64,000 nucleotides of DNA, taken from contig CM060734.1 of the NCBI GenBank assembly GCA_030704615.1, forward strand, positions 6,262,001-6,326,000. The letters are read 5' to 3'. Below the pieces are notes generated by a model. That model was not told the DNA's origin. It ran no database searches and was given only the letters and a program-made list of their open reading frames with translations. The position numbers and the translations under genes are program-made. Below, in pieces: positions 1 to 13,950 of this stretch. Numbering within the stretch: the first letter of the stretch is position 1; the number at the start of each line of letters is the position of its first letter. The stretch is from Takakia lepidozioides (lineage: Eukaryota; Plantae; Bryophyta).

Positions 1-600
1 GGCAGCACCCTCCTCCGGTACCAAATCGAAAGAAACGGTCGATCCCATTGCCTTCGCTGCAGCAGAGACGGCCCCAACATCTACAGGCGGGAAATCCTCC
101 AGGAACTGAGCTTCAGCTCGTGGAAGCGGTTTTGCGGGAGATTGTTCGGCCATCGCCCTGATTGCCTTCTGCTTCCTCATCCTTGCAGGTGAAGGTGTCT
201 GCTGCAATTGAATCTGTCTTTTACCCTGCTGCTTCATTCGTGTTGGTGGGGGTGAAACGGCCTGAGCCGGTTCAGAAACCAGTAGAGGGACGGGCTGCTT
301 CTTCTTCGACTTTGCTGGAGAAGGGCCCGACCCCTGCTGGCGATTCTCTATGACCGAAGAACGCGAGTCGATCTCTGGGGCTTTGAACTTGCCCTTAGGC
401 ATGCAAACATGTTCTGCATTCAAGTCTCCTAGCATTCAGTCTAAGAATTACAGAAGCAAAATGGGGGGTTCGGTGCTCGATCAGCTGCGCGCAGCCCGAT
501 CGCATGGAGCTCTCACTGGTGGCTGGGTTGCTTGAGTGGCCTGCTGCTCGGAGATGGCAATCTCCTCCTATAGACGCATCTGCTTCCTCCCCTTCGGCAT
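1..600 (-). pseudogene. 5' fragment of the accessory ParB/MTase-like gene in MULE copy 1
   Basis: Matches the reverse complement of 25968-26721. A ~155-bp deletion near 396 (copy-2 26172-26326) removes the putative acceptor CTAACAG. Confidence 0.7.
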
Positions 601-1024
601 TGGCCTACGTCCAAAGTATAATTTTCGGAGCTTGCGACGAGGTCTCCTGTCTGGTGCACGAACTCCCCCCCTCTCAGGTTCGAGCATAAGAAGAACAGAG
701 ACAGGGAAAAGGCGCAAAGAGTGCAGATGGAAAGGGCGCGAGAGGGGTGACTGCGGAGACACGACAAAAGTAGATGAAACGGCGGTGATGCCCCACTTGG
801 GTTCGAAAGGGTTGGACGAAAGTGTCTCCTTGTGGACTTTGCGTCATTACGAAATTCGAATCGTTCAGGGTACGCCTGCCGTCCGAAAAACAAACATCAT
901 TATCCAACGGTCAGGCCGCGCCGCCTCATGCCACTTCAGTCAGATAGAGTGCAGACATGTGCCGCAATTCCGTTGCTCCACGTGTTCACATTTCAAGGCA
1001 TTTCCGTCCCAACGTCTGATGAGT

Positions 1025-2600
1025 TGGAGTGAAAATGCGAATGTGGCGCCGCATTTCCGTTAAGTACCATCACGAAGCTACACATCCGTACTTGTTGGAA
1101 GAAAATGCGGCACCGCATTTCCGTTCCCCCTTCACATACCTTAGTTGTTGAACGGAAATAGGGTGCCGCATTTCCGTCCAACAGCTCCATATGTGAGATA
1201 CAAAAGGGAAATGCGGCGTCGCATTTCCGTTCTGGAATGTCGAAAGGTGCGATTCGGACGGAAATGCGGCACAACATTTCAGTTCCCGTGGTTCATGATT
1301 TTCAATCTGAACGGAAATACGGTACCGCATTTCCGTTCCCCCTTCACATACCTTAGTTGATGAACGGAAATGCCGTGCCACATTTCCGTTCGGGAAAGTA
1401 TAGAAGTCTCACCTGAACAGAAATGCGGTGCCGCATTTCCGGTCTGGAAAGTTTGAAGGTCTCACATGGATGGAAATGCAGCACCACATTTCCGTCCCAC
1501 AGCTCCAGGCCTCATATACAAAACGGAAATGCGGCGCCGCATTTCCGTTCTAGAATGTCGGAAGGTGCGACTCGGACGGAAATGCGGTGCCGCATTTCTG
1601 TTCCCGTTGTTCACGATTTTCAGTCAGAACGGAAATGCGGTAGCGCATTTCCGTTCTGTAGAGTATTAAGGTCTGACCCTGGCGGAAATGCGGTGCCGCA
1701 TTTTCGTTCCACAGCTCCATGCCTCACATACAAAACGGAAATGCGGCGCCGCATTTCCGTTTTGGAATGTCGGAAGGTGCGACTCCGACGGAAATGCAGT
1801 ACCGCATTTCAGTTCCGATGTTTCACGATTTTTCATCAGAACGGAAATGCGGTGCCACATTTGCGTTCTGGAATGTTGGGAGGTGCGACTCGGATGGAAA
1901 TGCGCTGCCGCATTTCAGTTCCGATGGTTCACGATTTTCAGTCAGAACGGAAATGCGGTACCGCATTTCCGTTCTGGATAGTATGAATGTCTCAAGCGGT
2001 CGGAATTGCACTCGGCTCCAGGCATCAGATACAAAATGGAAATGCGGCGCCGCATTTCTGTTCCCGTTGTTCATAATTCTCAATCAGAACGGAAATGCGG
2101 TACCGCATTTCCGTTCCACCTTCACATACCGTGCTTGTTGGATGGAAATGCGTTACCGCATTTCCGTTCTGGAGAGTATGAATGTCTTGTGAGGACGGAA
2201 ATGTGGTGCAACATTTCTATCCCTCAGCTCCATGCGTCAGATATAAAACAAAAATGTTGCGCCGTATTTCTGTTCTGGTATGTCGGAAGGTGCGACTGTG
2301 ACGGAAATGCGGTGCCGCATTTCTGTTCCCGTTGTTCATAATTCTCAATGAGAACGGATATGCGGTACTGAACGGAAATGCGGTACCGCATTTCCGTACC
2401 ACCTTCACATACCGTGCTTGCTGGATGGAAATGCGTTACCGCATTTCCGTTCTGGAGAGTATAAAGGTTTCCCCCCGGACGGAAACTCGGTGGCCGCAAT
2501 TTTCCGTCGCTCTGGTGCATGACCAAGATGCAATACGGAAATGCGGCGCCCGTATTTCCGTCCAGCAGCAATCGAAAGAATCACTCGGACGGGAAATCTG
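1025..2600. repeat. Array of GGAAATGCGG-NN-CCGCATTTCC palindromes (~53-bp period), copy 1
   Basis: Repeated (AAC)GGAAATGCGGYRCCGCATTTCC(GTT) units separated by a few recurring spacer types; mirrors 23980-25580. Confidence 0.95.
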
Positions 2601-2994
2601 AACTCATTTCCGCATGCTGAACCTGAATGGGTTGCCATTGTTCCGAAACAACACAATTGCGGCCAGTCTTGATGAGCACCAACTTGGTCGTCTGACCGTT
2701 TTAAACTAACAGTACTGGCACTTGTCAGTGCGAACGTTCCTGTCTGCACCGAGAATACTGCTGGATCCACCCTCAGGAGAAACTGTCAGGAGATGTTATT
2801 TCGTCGCCGAATCGGCCATCATTGTCATACTTACTGGCTATGGAATCACACTCCCACTTCATGCATGTAGCTTGAAACAATACTTTCCACTTCAATGTGC
2901 GACTTCCAATCGTCGATGGACTCCGCATGGTGCCTGTAGCCTTGGTCTGTCGCTATAACTGAACCTCGCACTTGCCAACTTCGTGCGGTGTTCG

Positions 2995-5900
2995 ATGGCT
3001 CCAAATTCCTACGCTATAGTTCTGTCCTCCGCAACTTGGGAGAGCCTGGATCCCAAACGAGGGAGGACTTTGCAGAGTGACTGAAACTTACCTTTGTTCC
3101 AAATTCAAGCTCAAACCGGCACAGTTTATTTGGAAGAAGAAAGGAAGGAGTTCCTGGACAGGTTGACGAGACCATTGTCGTGCTAGGTAACGACGGAGGT
3201 TGCGGAATCGAATGGCACGTACCCCCATCAGACACCATCCTGTACCGAGCTGTGGGAATGCCCATTCCCTTTCCGAATCAGTCGCTGCCCACACCATCCA
3301 CAAAGGAGTCCGAAAACCGACAGGCGGCCACTGCCAACAGAGAGGTATGCAACGATAATCATTCCGACTGGACCGTCAAGACCCTCCATAGCTTCTCGTG
3401 TGGACGTATTCGACATTTCCGACGAGGAAGATGATTGCATTGAGGTCCCATGTCCTCCACACGGTCGTTCAAATCCGGCATGGACGTCTCTGTAGGTGCT
3501 ACCATGTGCCTCAAGCATAACTCCAACCGGTCCATTGTGCAGCTCCTACGACAACATCACCTCGATGGTTCTCGCTCCGAGCTGGCTGCTCTCGACTATG
3601 CCAAATTCCCAGTCAGAAAGGTAACGTTTCTGCCTCCCGAAGTCGATGGCAATGTCATCTTCGAGTTCCACCTGTTTCTTCGTCAAACAAAGCCTCGGGA
3701 TGTTAACAGACATGGATCGAAAGCATGACGGACACCCTGGTGTGTGACGAAGACCAGTAGCACGAAAATTGCTGATGGGTGTTCGTGTACGATATGTCCT
3801 CTGTGCGGGGAAGCTGAGGTGCCTCAATCCCACCTGCTTCCACTTTCTCTCCAAAGGAGGGCGGAGAAACGAGACGGATTGGACTGGCACAACGCATCAT
3901 CCATTCATTGTCTCCAGCCAAGCTCCTGCGGGTTCTTTCAATTGTGCACATTGCAAAGAACCACCGACGTGCATGTCCATGTGCAGAGCCAAGCAAATTA
4001 CGTAATCCATTTGCTCCCGGACTTGACTAGAGCTTGCATACACGTTGGGGTCCACTGCACACCCTTGGCGAGAGGCAACATGCGTGAGGCTGTGCAGGAA
4101 GCACACGACATCATAAAAGAGGAGGTGAAATTGAGCCCGGAGCCAGACCAAAGCAGATTCAGCTGAAGGCAGCCCACAAGATTGCTCTTGGCAAAATCAT
4201 GTCTGAAGATGGTTCCGACCGAGCCCTTGACCGAAGACGAGATGCGTGACCTCTTGGAGTCCGTCTCGCACGTTTGTAGTCCGAATGTGCGGAATCACAT
4301 CGTATCTTGCAAGCAGGAGTTCGGCAGGGGGTCGGACATGTACTCATCCTGGAGGTGAAACGAATGACTGGATATGACTACATCCAAGGTAGCAGTTTCC
4401 AGGGCAAGGCAGCGAATCCGATCGTTGTTACATTTTCAAAATGTCGACGTGTGGGCCTGGGAGTGGAGTCGACTTGGTCACTCGCATGACAACTGGAAAC
4501 TTGTCGAATGCTTGGGTGATGTTTGGATCACATCAAGCGAATTACAAACCATCAGTGGGTGACTATGGGTGCGCATGTTTATGACTATCACTCCAAGAGG
4601 CTCATGACGATTGCAATCTGCGAGATGAAAGGGGAGGACAACAGTCCGAGATGCATCTGTGGGAGGGCATAAACGAGCAGATGGCAAGGGCGGGATTGCC
4701 AGAGCCCAATTTCAGGGATTCATGGCAGACAACGCTCAGGCAACTGGGCAGCGGTGTGGCGTGTGTACGGTGAGGACCCAATGTTCCAAGGAGGGGAAAG
4801 AGAGATCCTGTGGATTCCATTGGATGCAGAGTCTATCCCACTACACTTCCAAATTTGTTGCTAGCTCATTCCAGGCTGAACACCGTGTCCTTTGTACGGC
4901 GTGGAAGGATGCACCCACATTTTGATGACGCGGAGGTTAAGTTTGCTATCATCGAGCTTGGTGGAACACGTCAGGTGCAGTAGAGACAACCAATCTGGGA
5001 GCATTGCACAGCTGGTTGGGGTGGTGGCATTTTTGGTATCGACAGTTCGGACAGTACATGCGGGAGGTAGGCTGCTGTCATTTTCGTTCATTTGTCTTTC
5101 TGTTACGGACATTTCGATTGGTCCCTCACCATTGTTTGTGTCCTTCTAGGAGCGGTGCTTGGATTCCGACACGGACATGCCGAACACGAATATGGCAGAA
5201 TCGGTCACATCCTCCTGGCGAGCGTCTTCTGCCGCATATCTGGTGGACGTAGTGACGGCCACAACGGAGGACATCGACAGAGCAATCATGCAGCAAGCCA
5301 CGTACTACAAGTTCCTGAGCGGCAAACAATGGGGCTTTGGGCCGGACAGGGAGGAATTGTTGGTACGAACAGCTTCGAGGTCCAAGAATCCACTGAAATG
5401 GGCGACATCATTGCGAGAGAAGATCAAAGGGACGCCTCTGCACCGCAGAGGTGAACACCTAGAGGGGACGTCCGGACTCGCCCTATGAGGCGGAGGATTG
5501 AAGAGGAACCCGGGTGCGAAGAGGATTCCTGGAGATCCGACAGGAACATTCGGACAGCACCTCGGATCCCGTTATGTTGCCGCACAATGTGTCTTCCAGC
5601 AGTGGAGCCCAAGAAATTCCAGATCGCCGTCGCCTTCAACCGGGATTTCGTGCGAGAAATTCCCACCGCTCCTTGCCCCAGATTCGCCCGTTGTTATGCA
5701 GTATGGCCAAGCCATTGTGGAGACGACTGTGTCTGCATCACAGTGGAGAATTGCTCGCACAAAGCCGTCGTTTCGAGGAAGGTGTTCCGCAATTCGTGGG
5801 ATACACGGCAACGTTGTTTAGAGATGATAAGGAGGAATCCAGATGGGGCTGTCCCTGCTCCTACTTTTACAGGAAGATTTGTCCATGCAAAGTTTGCGGA

Positions 5901-6569
5901 GGCGACAACCACCCAGTTCTGGTTCTGCAGGCACGACATTATGACTTGTGTGTATGGAAAGCCCAAGTACGGCATACAACAATGCCAGAGGCTCCCCGGT
6001 GTGGCCAGTGAACCAGGCTGCGATCTGAGTCAGGTTGAGGCCGACGCCCTTACCGCCGCAGGATTTCGGATGGTGCAGCGCACTGACGTCCCCAGACAAC
6101 CATTTCCGCTTCCACAGCCTCCACCACCGACCCCTGTGAGAGCAAGAACAATGGGACACGACAGCTCTAAGCATCCTACACACCGTTGGGGGAAACCGAA
6201 GAGGCGGCGACCTCCCTCAAAAGTGAACGAGACAAGGATGGGGAATGCACTTCGGATGAACTGTACAATCCAGAGCTCGACAGAAGTGCCCCCACCAGGA
6301 TTCGGGCGTGTGTATCAGATGGCCACGGCAGGCTCAGCTGTTCGCAATGAGGTGTACACCATCACCATTTCAGAATTACCCACCTGCAATTGCACCGACT
6401 TCCAGATCATGGCGAACAAGGGGGCATCATACTGCCCTTGCAAGCATTTGTACTACGTGTACCTAAAAGACTCCGTTGTAATTCCACAACTCATCACTCT
6501 CATACATGCACCAGGGTTGAGCCCCCAGGAGGTTCACACTCTTCTGAATATGGATCAGGGGACCAGCGA
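2995..6569 (+). pseudogene. MULE transposase with SWIM finger, frameshifted copy
   Basis: Fragment ORFs contain FMADNAQA, CGFHW, TNMAES and CNCTDF...CKH. GT-AG intron ~5067-5149. Many 1-bp deletions relative to copy 2 (possibly read errors). Confidence 0.85.
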
Positions 6570-9500
6570 GCTTGGTTTGCGGTCAATACTATGGTACGCC
6601 CATCCTTTTCGGATAGTAGAATTGTACTGCTGCCAGTACCCTCAGAATCTGGCCACAGAAAGGTCCGACATATGTCTTGCCTACAGTAACCTGTTTTGCT
6701 CGAACTAAGATATTCTATATCGTTCACTTGTTTCCACGTGCATGTATTTTTGTATGTTGGAGGGTTCATGTTTTTCTGCTTTCCGAAAACTTGCTTTCCT
6801 CATTCGACCTCCGACAAGGAAATGCGGCGCCGCATTTCCAAGTATCGTCGTAGGTACTGGTAGAGGCGGCCTTTGCCAACACCAAACCGCTCCGAAATTT
6901 CGCACGTGCCAACCCTAATGCGGCACCTATTTCCCAGTTCATTTGCAAACCTTTTCCCGCGAATACCCGAAGAAGACAGAATTGTGAAGTACTGCAGACT
7001 CTATTGGTGCAGACTCCATTGGTTCAATCGCGGCAAAAGGGTCAGCTTCATTCTAATGTTAAGGCATGTAAAACCGTGAGATACTCTATACAGGCCAGTA
7101 TGCGACGTCCTTTTGCAGTGGTTACTGGATTTCCCGTTGCACGGTCACTTATTTCCATGAGCGGATCTAAAAAACCATGAGCGGACTTGTTACTGACGAC
7201 ATATCTTCGCCGCATTACATGATCTGGAACGTCCAAAACGGCAAGGTCAAATAAAAATCTATTATTTACTACTTGTTTAATCTGCCGCATTTCCAAATTT
7301 GAGGAGTCCGCTCATGAAATCCGCGTATCTTAGACTTCGGCTCACCGCTCATGTGGCTCATGGCTCATGGCTCATGGTTTCTGCTCATGAAATAGTAAAC
7401 CTGGTCTTAAACTATCAAGTTTTAAAAGAACCAGCCAGATCCATGGAGGGAGGGAGAGAGGGGAGAGAGAGGAACACAACCATCCCTGGTATGGCAGCTC
7501 TTATGGAGTGAGTTGGTATCAGCTCACCACCGTAAGGAGTGCATACCAGACCTCACATAAATGACCTCCCTCTTCTTTGAAATAAACATGCCTACAATCT
7601 CAACTCTCCAAGGTCAAAAAACAAAACAAGCCGTGACAAGCAAAGGTACATCAACATTACATCATAATGTAGAGTTTTACCTTTTAGCTACACATTCAAC
7701 CAAACCTTAGTGTCTACCTAGCCCATGTTTTTGGGTACCACATGTGTACAAAACCAATGGGGGCAGGTTTAGGTAATGAATTTTCTGCCATTGGCATGTC
7801 CCACGTTGGCAAGTTGTGACAAACGAAGGTACATCAACACATGTACATCAAAATGTAGAGTTTTACCTTTTAGTTTGTATATAAGCTCTGGTGACCGGAA
7901 GAAGCCAGTGAAAGAACCCTCAATTCCCAAGGTCATAAGTAACAATCGGGAAGAATCTTATATCAAACTTTTAGTGTTTACCACCCTTGTTTTGGGTAAA
8001 ACATGTGTACAAAACCAAAGGGGGGCGTATTGGGACTTAGGTAATGAAGTCTGGCAGGGGTTTTACCACCTGGTATTCAGACAAAACATCTACCAACAGC
8101 ATATCAGAATTGGGTATTTCTTATGGTGCCTATAAAGAGCAAAGCCATAACCAGGAGAAACGATTTGAGCCAAAGAAATGGAACTCATTCTTATCATAAG
8201 GTATCTAAATCTGACATAAGGCATCGGCTACAAGGGACCGCAAACAAGAGTAATGTGCATTGACCGGATCACGTATAAGGTGTACACGTCTACTACAGCA
8301 AGCTGTCTTACCAAGGCCTAGCTCAAAATTTCAGCATTCAGAAGCCCTATAGATGTTCTGTGCTTATCTCAGGTACCTTCAAGGATGCCTTGCTCTCCAT
8401 GCCCAATTAGCCAACATATTTTTGCTGGAGAAGATCTTACCTTATGAACGACTTGCTTGCTCCACACCATGGTCATGCGGGAGAGGAGGCTGATATCTCA
8501 TGGTTTGCCTTCCCATTGCCTTGGGTCCATCACTTCAATCAAGAACATATTTGATAACCTTTGTCATGCTCAGACCAAGGTGTTAGTAAATCAAACATAA
8601 AAACTGAAAAAGAAGGAGAGATGGTTGATAATGTGTACAAGAACCACCAAGTACACTGGTCTAAATCAGAGAGGGAGATACTTATGTCTTGTCGAGAATG
8701 GACAAAGACCTGACAAGGTCACTGTAAAATTAACGACAAATCAGCCTCACAACAAGGCATTGTCAACCATTCTTCATTCACAAGTCAGCTTTATGACAAA
8801 TCCCAGACTTCAAAGTCAATGAAGTCTCTGGGTGGGGGGGTGGGAAAAATTAGAGACTCAATTACCACTGTTCATAGCAGGAAACCATCGTTCAACATGC
8901 TAAAAAGTGCCATTCATGACATGCCATGTCATTCAGTCTCTATTTTTTGGTCAGCTTACATACCAAGGCATAACCACATCCACATCAGTTTGGCATGGTA
9001 TCGAGTGTCCTAAAGTAACCAGCTTCTAAAAGAGGCTAAGTTTCCAATGCTTGTACATTCAAGAACACTGTCTGGTCATGAAAACAGGTATGCCCTACAT
9101 TGTAGCATGTTACCAGATCTCTTTAATATCATTGCTCCATTGCCATAGGGAACAAGAGATAGTCGCCCTAATGATTGATTGTCCACCATACTAGGTTAAA
9201 CATAGGAGCCATCAAGATCAAAGGAAAGAGGAAGAAAGGATTGTTCTCCCCAAAGATACAGATGGCGTCGCTTCTTCAACTCGATTCCAATCAACTTCAA
9301 GCTTTAAAATCCATGTTAAGTGAGGACCCTCACCTGGTCCCATCACATGCAATCAGAAACAGTTAAGTTAGAGACGATGTGGAACCCCGGGTGAATCGCA
9401 GGTCTCACGCTTGTTATCGTTGTACAACATGCAATACAAAGCAGGGGCAGAAAGGAAACAGAGCATATGCAAGCCAATACCTCGATGGCTTGTGGAAGAG

Positions 9501-12500
9501 AGGCCTGCGCCATAGCTCTCAAGACCAGCAAACAAGAATGCACAACAAAATGTACAAAGCATGCACAAAGAAAGTGAATCGCCCAAACTTAAAGAGTTGA
9601 GACACTTCCCTGAGGCCTTAAGATCGCCGCTTGTATCTTAATGATCAATGAAGGTCGCAGCAAGCAACCACAACGCAGGTAGATCGCCCGCCAAGCATTA
9701 GAGACAACCGCCACAGGGAAATTGCAGGTACTGCCGCCATTGCGCAGCCCAAGAGGGGAAGAAGGTACTGAATCTTGCCAGAACACCTAAATGCCTTAAT
9801 GGCGCAGCTCCATGGCATTCAAGGGCGCCTGAATCGAGCTCCATGCGCCCCCCGCCGCCATCTCTCAGCTCCAGCCATCCCTTAAGCACGATCGTCGTGG
9901 AGAGGGTTAGGGCAGGGAAGAGATGAAGCGCGATTTCCCGCGATTTCATCCATTCGGGATGAAATCCATCACACGGGATGAACTCTACCGCGCAGGATGA
10001 AATCTATCGTGATTTCATCCGCGTTGGATGAAATTGTCTCTCGATTTTTTCATCTGTGTCATCCTCTGAGGATGACATCCATTTATGGATGAAAAAAATT
10101 AAAGAATAGGATGGCTCCATTACGATCCCGACCTTATACCAAAAATCCGGGTAATATAAATAACCGAAATTAACCAAATTCCAAGAAGGTTAATTAGGGT
10201 TAGGTAACGTACCACTGGTCTTAAACTATCAAGTTTTAAAAGAACCAGCCAGATCCATGGAGGGAGGGAGAGAGAGGGAGAGAGAGGGAACCCACCAACC
10301 TGCCCTGGTATGGCAGCTCCTTATGGAGTGAGTGTGGTATGCACTCACCCGTAAGGGAGTGCATACCAGACCCCATCACATAAATGACCTCCCTCTTCTT
10401 TGTAGCTTTTACTTCTGGTTACAAAGGAACCATAGAAATAAACATGCCTACAATCTCAACTCTCCAAGGTCAAAAAACAAAACAAGCCGTGACAAGCAAA
10501 GGTACATCAACACTTACATCATAATGTAGAGTTTACCTTTTAGCTACACATAAGCTCTGGTAATGGAAAGACGAGGCCAATGAAGGGACCTTAAACTCCG
10601 AAATTCATGAAGCAACAAACAGGAAAGAAACTCTTATCAACCCTTTAGTGTCTACCTAGCCCATGTTTTTGGGTACCACATGTGTACAAAACCAATGGGG
10701 GCAGGTTTAGGTAATGAATTTTCTGCCATTGGCATGTCCCACGTTGGCAAGTTGTGACAAACGAAGGTACATCAACACATGTACATCAAAATGTAGAGTT
10801 TTACCTTTTAGTTTGTATATAAGCTCTGGTGACCGGAAGAAGAGGCCAGTGAAAGAACCCTCAATTCCCAAGGTCATAAAGTAACAATCGGGAAAGAATC
10901 TTATATCAAACTTTTAGTGTTTACCCACCCCTTGTTTTGGGTAAAACATGTGTACAAACCAAAGGGGGGCAGGTATTGGGACTTAGGTAATGAAGTCTGG
11001 CAGGGGTTTACCACCTGGTATTCAGACAAAACATCTACCAACAGCATATCAGAATTGGGTATTTCTTATGGTGCCTATAAAGAGCAAAGCCATAACCAGG
11101 AGAAACGATTTGAGCCAAAGAAATGGAACTCATTCTTATCATAAGGTATCTAAATCTGACATAAGGCATCGGCTACAAGGGACCGGCAAACAAGAGTAAT
11201 GTGCATTGACCGGATCACGTATAAGGTGTACACGTCTACTCCAGCAAGCTGTCTTACCAAGGCCTAGCTCAAAATTTCAGCATTCAGAAGCCCTATAGAT
11301 GTTCTGTGCTTATCTCAGGTACCTTCAAGGATGCCTTGCTCTCCATGCCCAATTAGCCAACATATTTTTGCTGGAGAAGATCTTACCTTATGAACGACTT
11401 GCTTGCTCCACACCATGGTCATGGCGGGAGAGGAGGCTGATATCTCATGGCTTTGGCCTTCCCATTGCCTTGGGTCCATCACTTCAATCAAGAACATATT
11501 TGATAACCTTTTGTCATGCTCAGACCAAGGTGTTAGTAAATCAAACATAAAACTGAAAACAGAAGGGAGATTGGTTGATAATGTGTACAAGAACCACCAA
11601 GTACACTGGTCTAAATCAGAGAGGGAAGATACTTATGTCTTGTCGAGACATGGACAAAGACCTGACAAGGTCACTGTAAAATTAACGACAAATCAGCCTC
11701 ACAACAAGGCATTGTCAACCATTCTTCATTCACAAGTCAGCTTTATGACAAATCCCAGACTTCAAAGTCAATGAAGTCTCTGGGTGGGGGGGTGGGAAAA
11801 ATTAGAGACTCAATTACCACTGTTCATAGCAGGAAACCATCGTTCAACATGCTAAAAAGTGCCATTCATGACATGCCATGTCATTCAGTCTCTATTTTTT
11901 GGTCAGCTTACATACCAAGGCATAACCACATCCACATCAGTTTGGCATGGTATCGAGTGTCCTAAAGTAACCAGCTTCTAAAAGAGGCTAAGTTTCCAAT
12001 GCTTGTACATTCAAGAACACTGTCTGGTCATGAAAACAGGTATGCCCTACATTGTAGCATGTTACCAGATCTCTTTAATATCATTGCTCCATTGCCATAG
12101 GGAACAAGAGATAGTCGCCCTAATGATTGATTGTCCACCATACTAGGTTAAACATAGGAGCCATCAAGATCAAAGGAAAGAGGAAGAAAGGATTGTTCTC
12201 CCCCAAAGATACAGATGGCGTCGCTTCTTCAACTCGATTCCAATCAACTTCAAGCTTTAAAATCCATGTTAAGTGAGGACCCTCACCTGGTCCCATCACA
12301 TGCAATCAGAAACAGTTAAGTTAGAGACGATGTGGAACCCCGGGTGAATCGCAGGTCTCACGCTTGTTATCGTTGTACAACATGCAATACAAAGCAGGGG
12401 CAGAAAGGAAACAGAGCATATGCAAGCCAATACCTCGATGGCTTGTGGAAGAGAGGCCTGCGCCATAGCTCTCAAGACCAGCAAACAAGAATGCACAACA

Positions 12501-13288
12501 AAATGTACAAAGCATGCACAAAGAAAGTGAATCGCCCAAACTTAAAGAGTTGAGACACTTCCCTGAGGCCTTAAGATCGCCGCTTGTATCTTAATGATCA
12601 ATGAAGGTCGCAGCAAGCAACCACAACGCAGGTAGATCGCCCGCCAAGCATTAGAGACAACCGCCACAGGGAAATTGCAGGTACTGCCGCCATTGCGCAG
12701 CCCAAGAGGGGAAGAAGGTACTGAATCTTGCCAGAACACCTAAATGCCTTAATGGCGCAGCTCCATGGCATTCAAGGGCGCCTGAATCGAGCTCCATGCG
12801 CCCCCCGCCGCCATCTCTCAGCTCCAGCCATCCCTTAAGCACGATCGTCGTGGAGAGGGTTAGGGCAGGGAAGAGATGAAGCGCGATTTCCCGCGATTTC
12901 ATCCATTCGGGATGAAATCCATCACACGGGATGAACTCTACCGCGCAGGATGAAATCTATCGTGATTTCATCCGCGTTGGATGAAATTGTCTCTCGATTT
13001 TTCATCTGTGTCATCCTCTGAGGATGACATCCATTTATGGATGAAAAAAATTAAAGAATAGGATGGCTCCATTACGATCCCGACCTTATACCAAAAATCC
13101 GGGTAATATAAATAACCGAAATTAACCAAATTCCAAGAAGGTTAATTAGGGGTTAGGTAACGTACCACTGGTCTTAAACTATCAAGTTTTAAAAGAACCA
13201 GCCAGATCCATGGAGGGAGGGAGAGAGAGGGAGAGAGAGGGAACCCACCAACCTGCCCCTGGTATGGCAGCTCCTTATGGAGTGAGTG

Positions 13289-13323
13289 TGGTATGCACTC
13301 ACCCCGTAAGGGAGTGCATACCA
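13289..13323. other. Conserved stem-loop in the tandem unit (TGGTATGCACTC/GAGTGCATACCA)
   Basis: 12-bp perfect stem with inner CC-GTAA-GG. Present in family-1 units and, inverted, in family 2 (37377-37411, ~52802-52836). Confidence 0.8.
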
Positions 13324-13443
13324 GACCCCATCACATAAATGACCTCCCTCTTCTTTGTAGCTTTTACTTCTGGTTACAAAGGAACCATAGAAATAAACAT
13401 GCCTACAATCTCAACTCTCCAAGGTCAAAAAACAAAACAAGCC

Positions 13444-13950
13444 GTGACAAGCAAAGGTACATCAACACTTACATCATAATGTAGAGTTTTACCTTTTAGC
13501 TACACATAAGCTCTGGTAATGGAAAGACGAGGCCAATGAAGGGACCTTAAACTCCGAAATTCATGAAGCAACAAACAGGAAAGAAACTCTTATCAACCCT
13601 TTAGTGTCTACCTAGCCCATGTTTTTGGGTACCACATGTGTACAAAACCAATGGGGGCAGGTTTAGGTAATGAATTTTCTGCCATTGGCATGTCCCACGT
13701 TGGCAAGTTGTGACAAACGAAGGTACATCAACACATGTACATCAAAATGTAGAGTTTTACCTTTTAGTTTGTATATAAGCTCTGGTGACCGGAAGAAGAG
13801 GCCAGTGAAAGAACCCTCAATTCCCAAGGTCATAAAGTAACAATCGGGAAAGAATCTTATATCAAACTTTTAGTGTTTACCCACCCCTTGTTTTGGGTAA
13901 AACATGTGTACAAAACCAAAGGGGGGCAGGTATTGGGACTTAGGTAATGA
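13444..13950. repeat. Diverged ~265-bp internal direct duplication within each family-1 unit (unit 3 shown)
   Basis: GTGACAA..AAGGTACATCAACAC..GTAGAGTTTTACCTTTTAG..ACATGTGTACAAAACCAA..TTAGGTAATGAA occurs twice, starting ~13444 and ~13710. Confidence 0.85.

Larger units (their letters stand above)
1..7403 (+). mobile_element. Mutator/MULE-like DNA transposon, copy 1 (truncated by the window start; transposase on +)
   Basis: Reverse complement of 19097-~26721 along its whole length. Ends ...CATGAAATAGTAAACCTG followed by GTCTTAAAC (7404-7412). Subterminal CATGAGC-type repeats at 7310-7390. Confidence 0.9.

Noticed and set aside
993-2601. Numerous short ORFs with GNAAPHFR/EMRCRIS/KCGTAF repeats (also 23.9-25.6 kb and 31.3-32 kb)
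   Set aside because: Six-frame translations of the palindrome array.
2995-9300. Programmed frameshifting or certain pseudogenisation in MULE copy 1 and adjacent unit (also 33.5-35.3 kb)
   Set aside because: Differences are mostly 1-bp homopolymer deletions clustered regionally, typical of unpolished long-read error; true status is undetermined.
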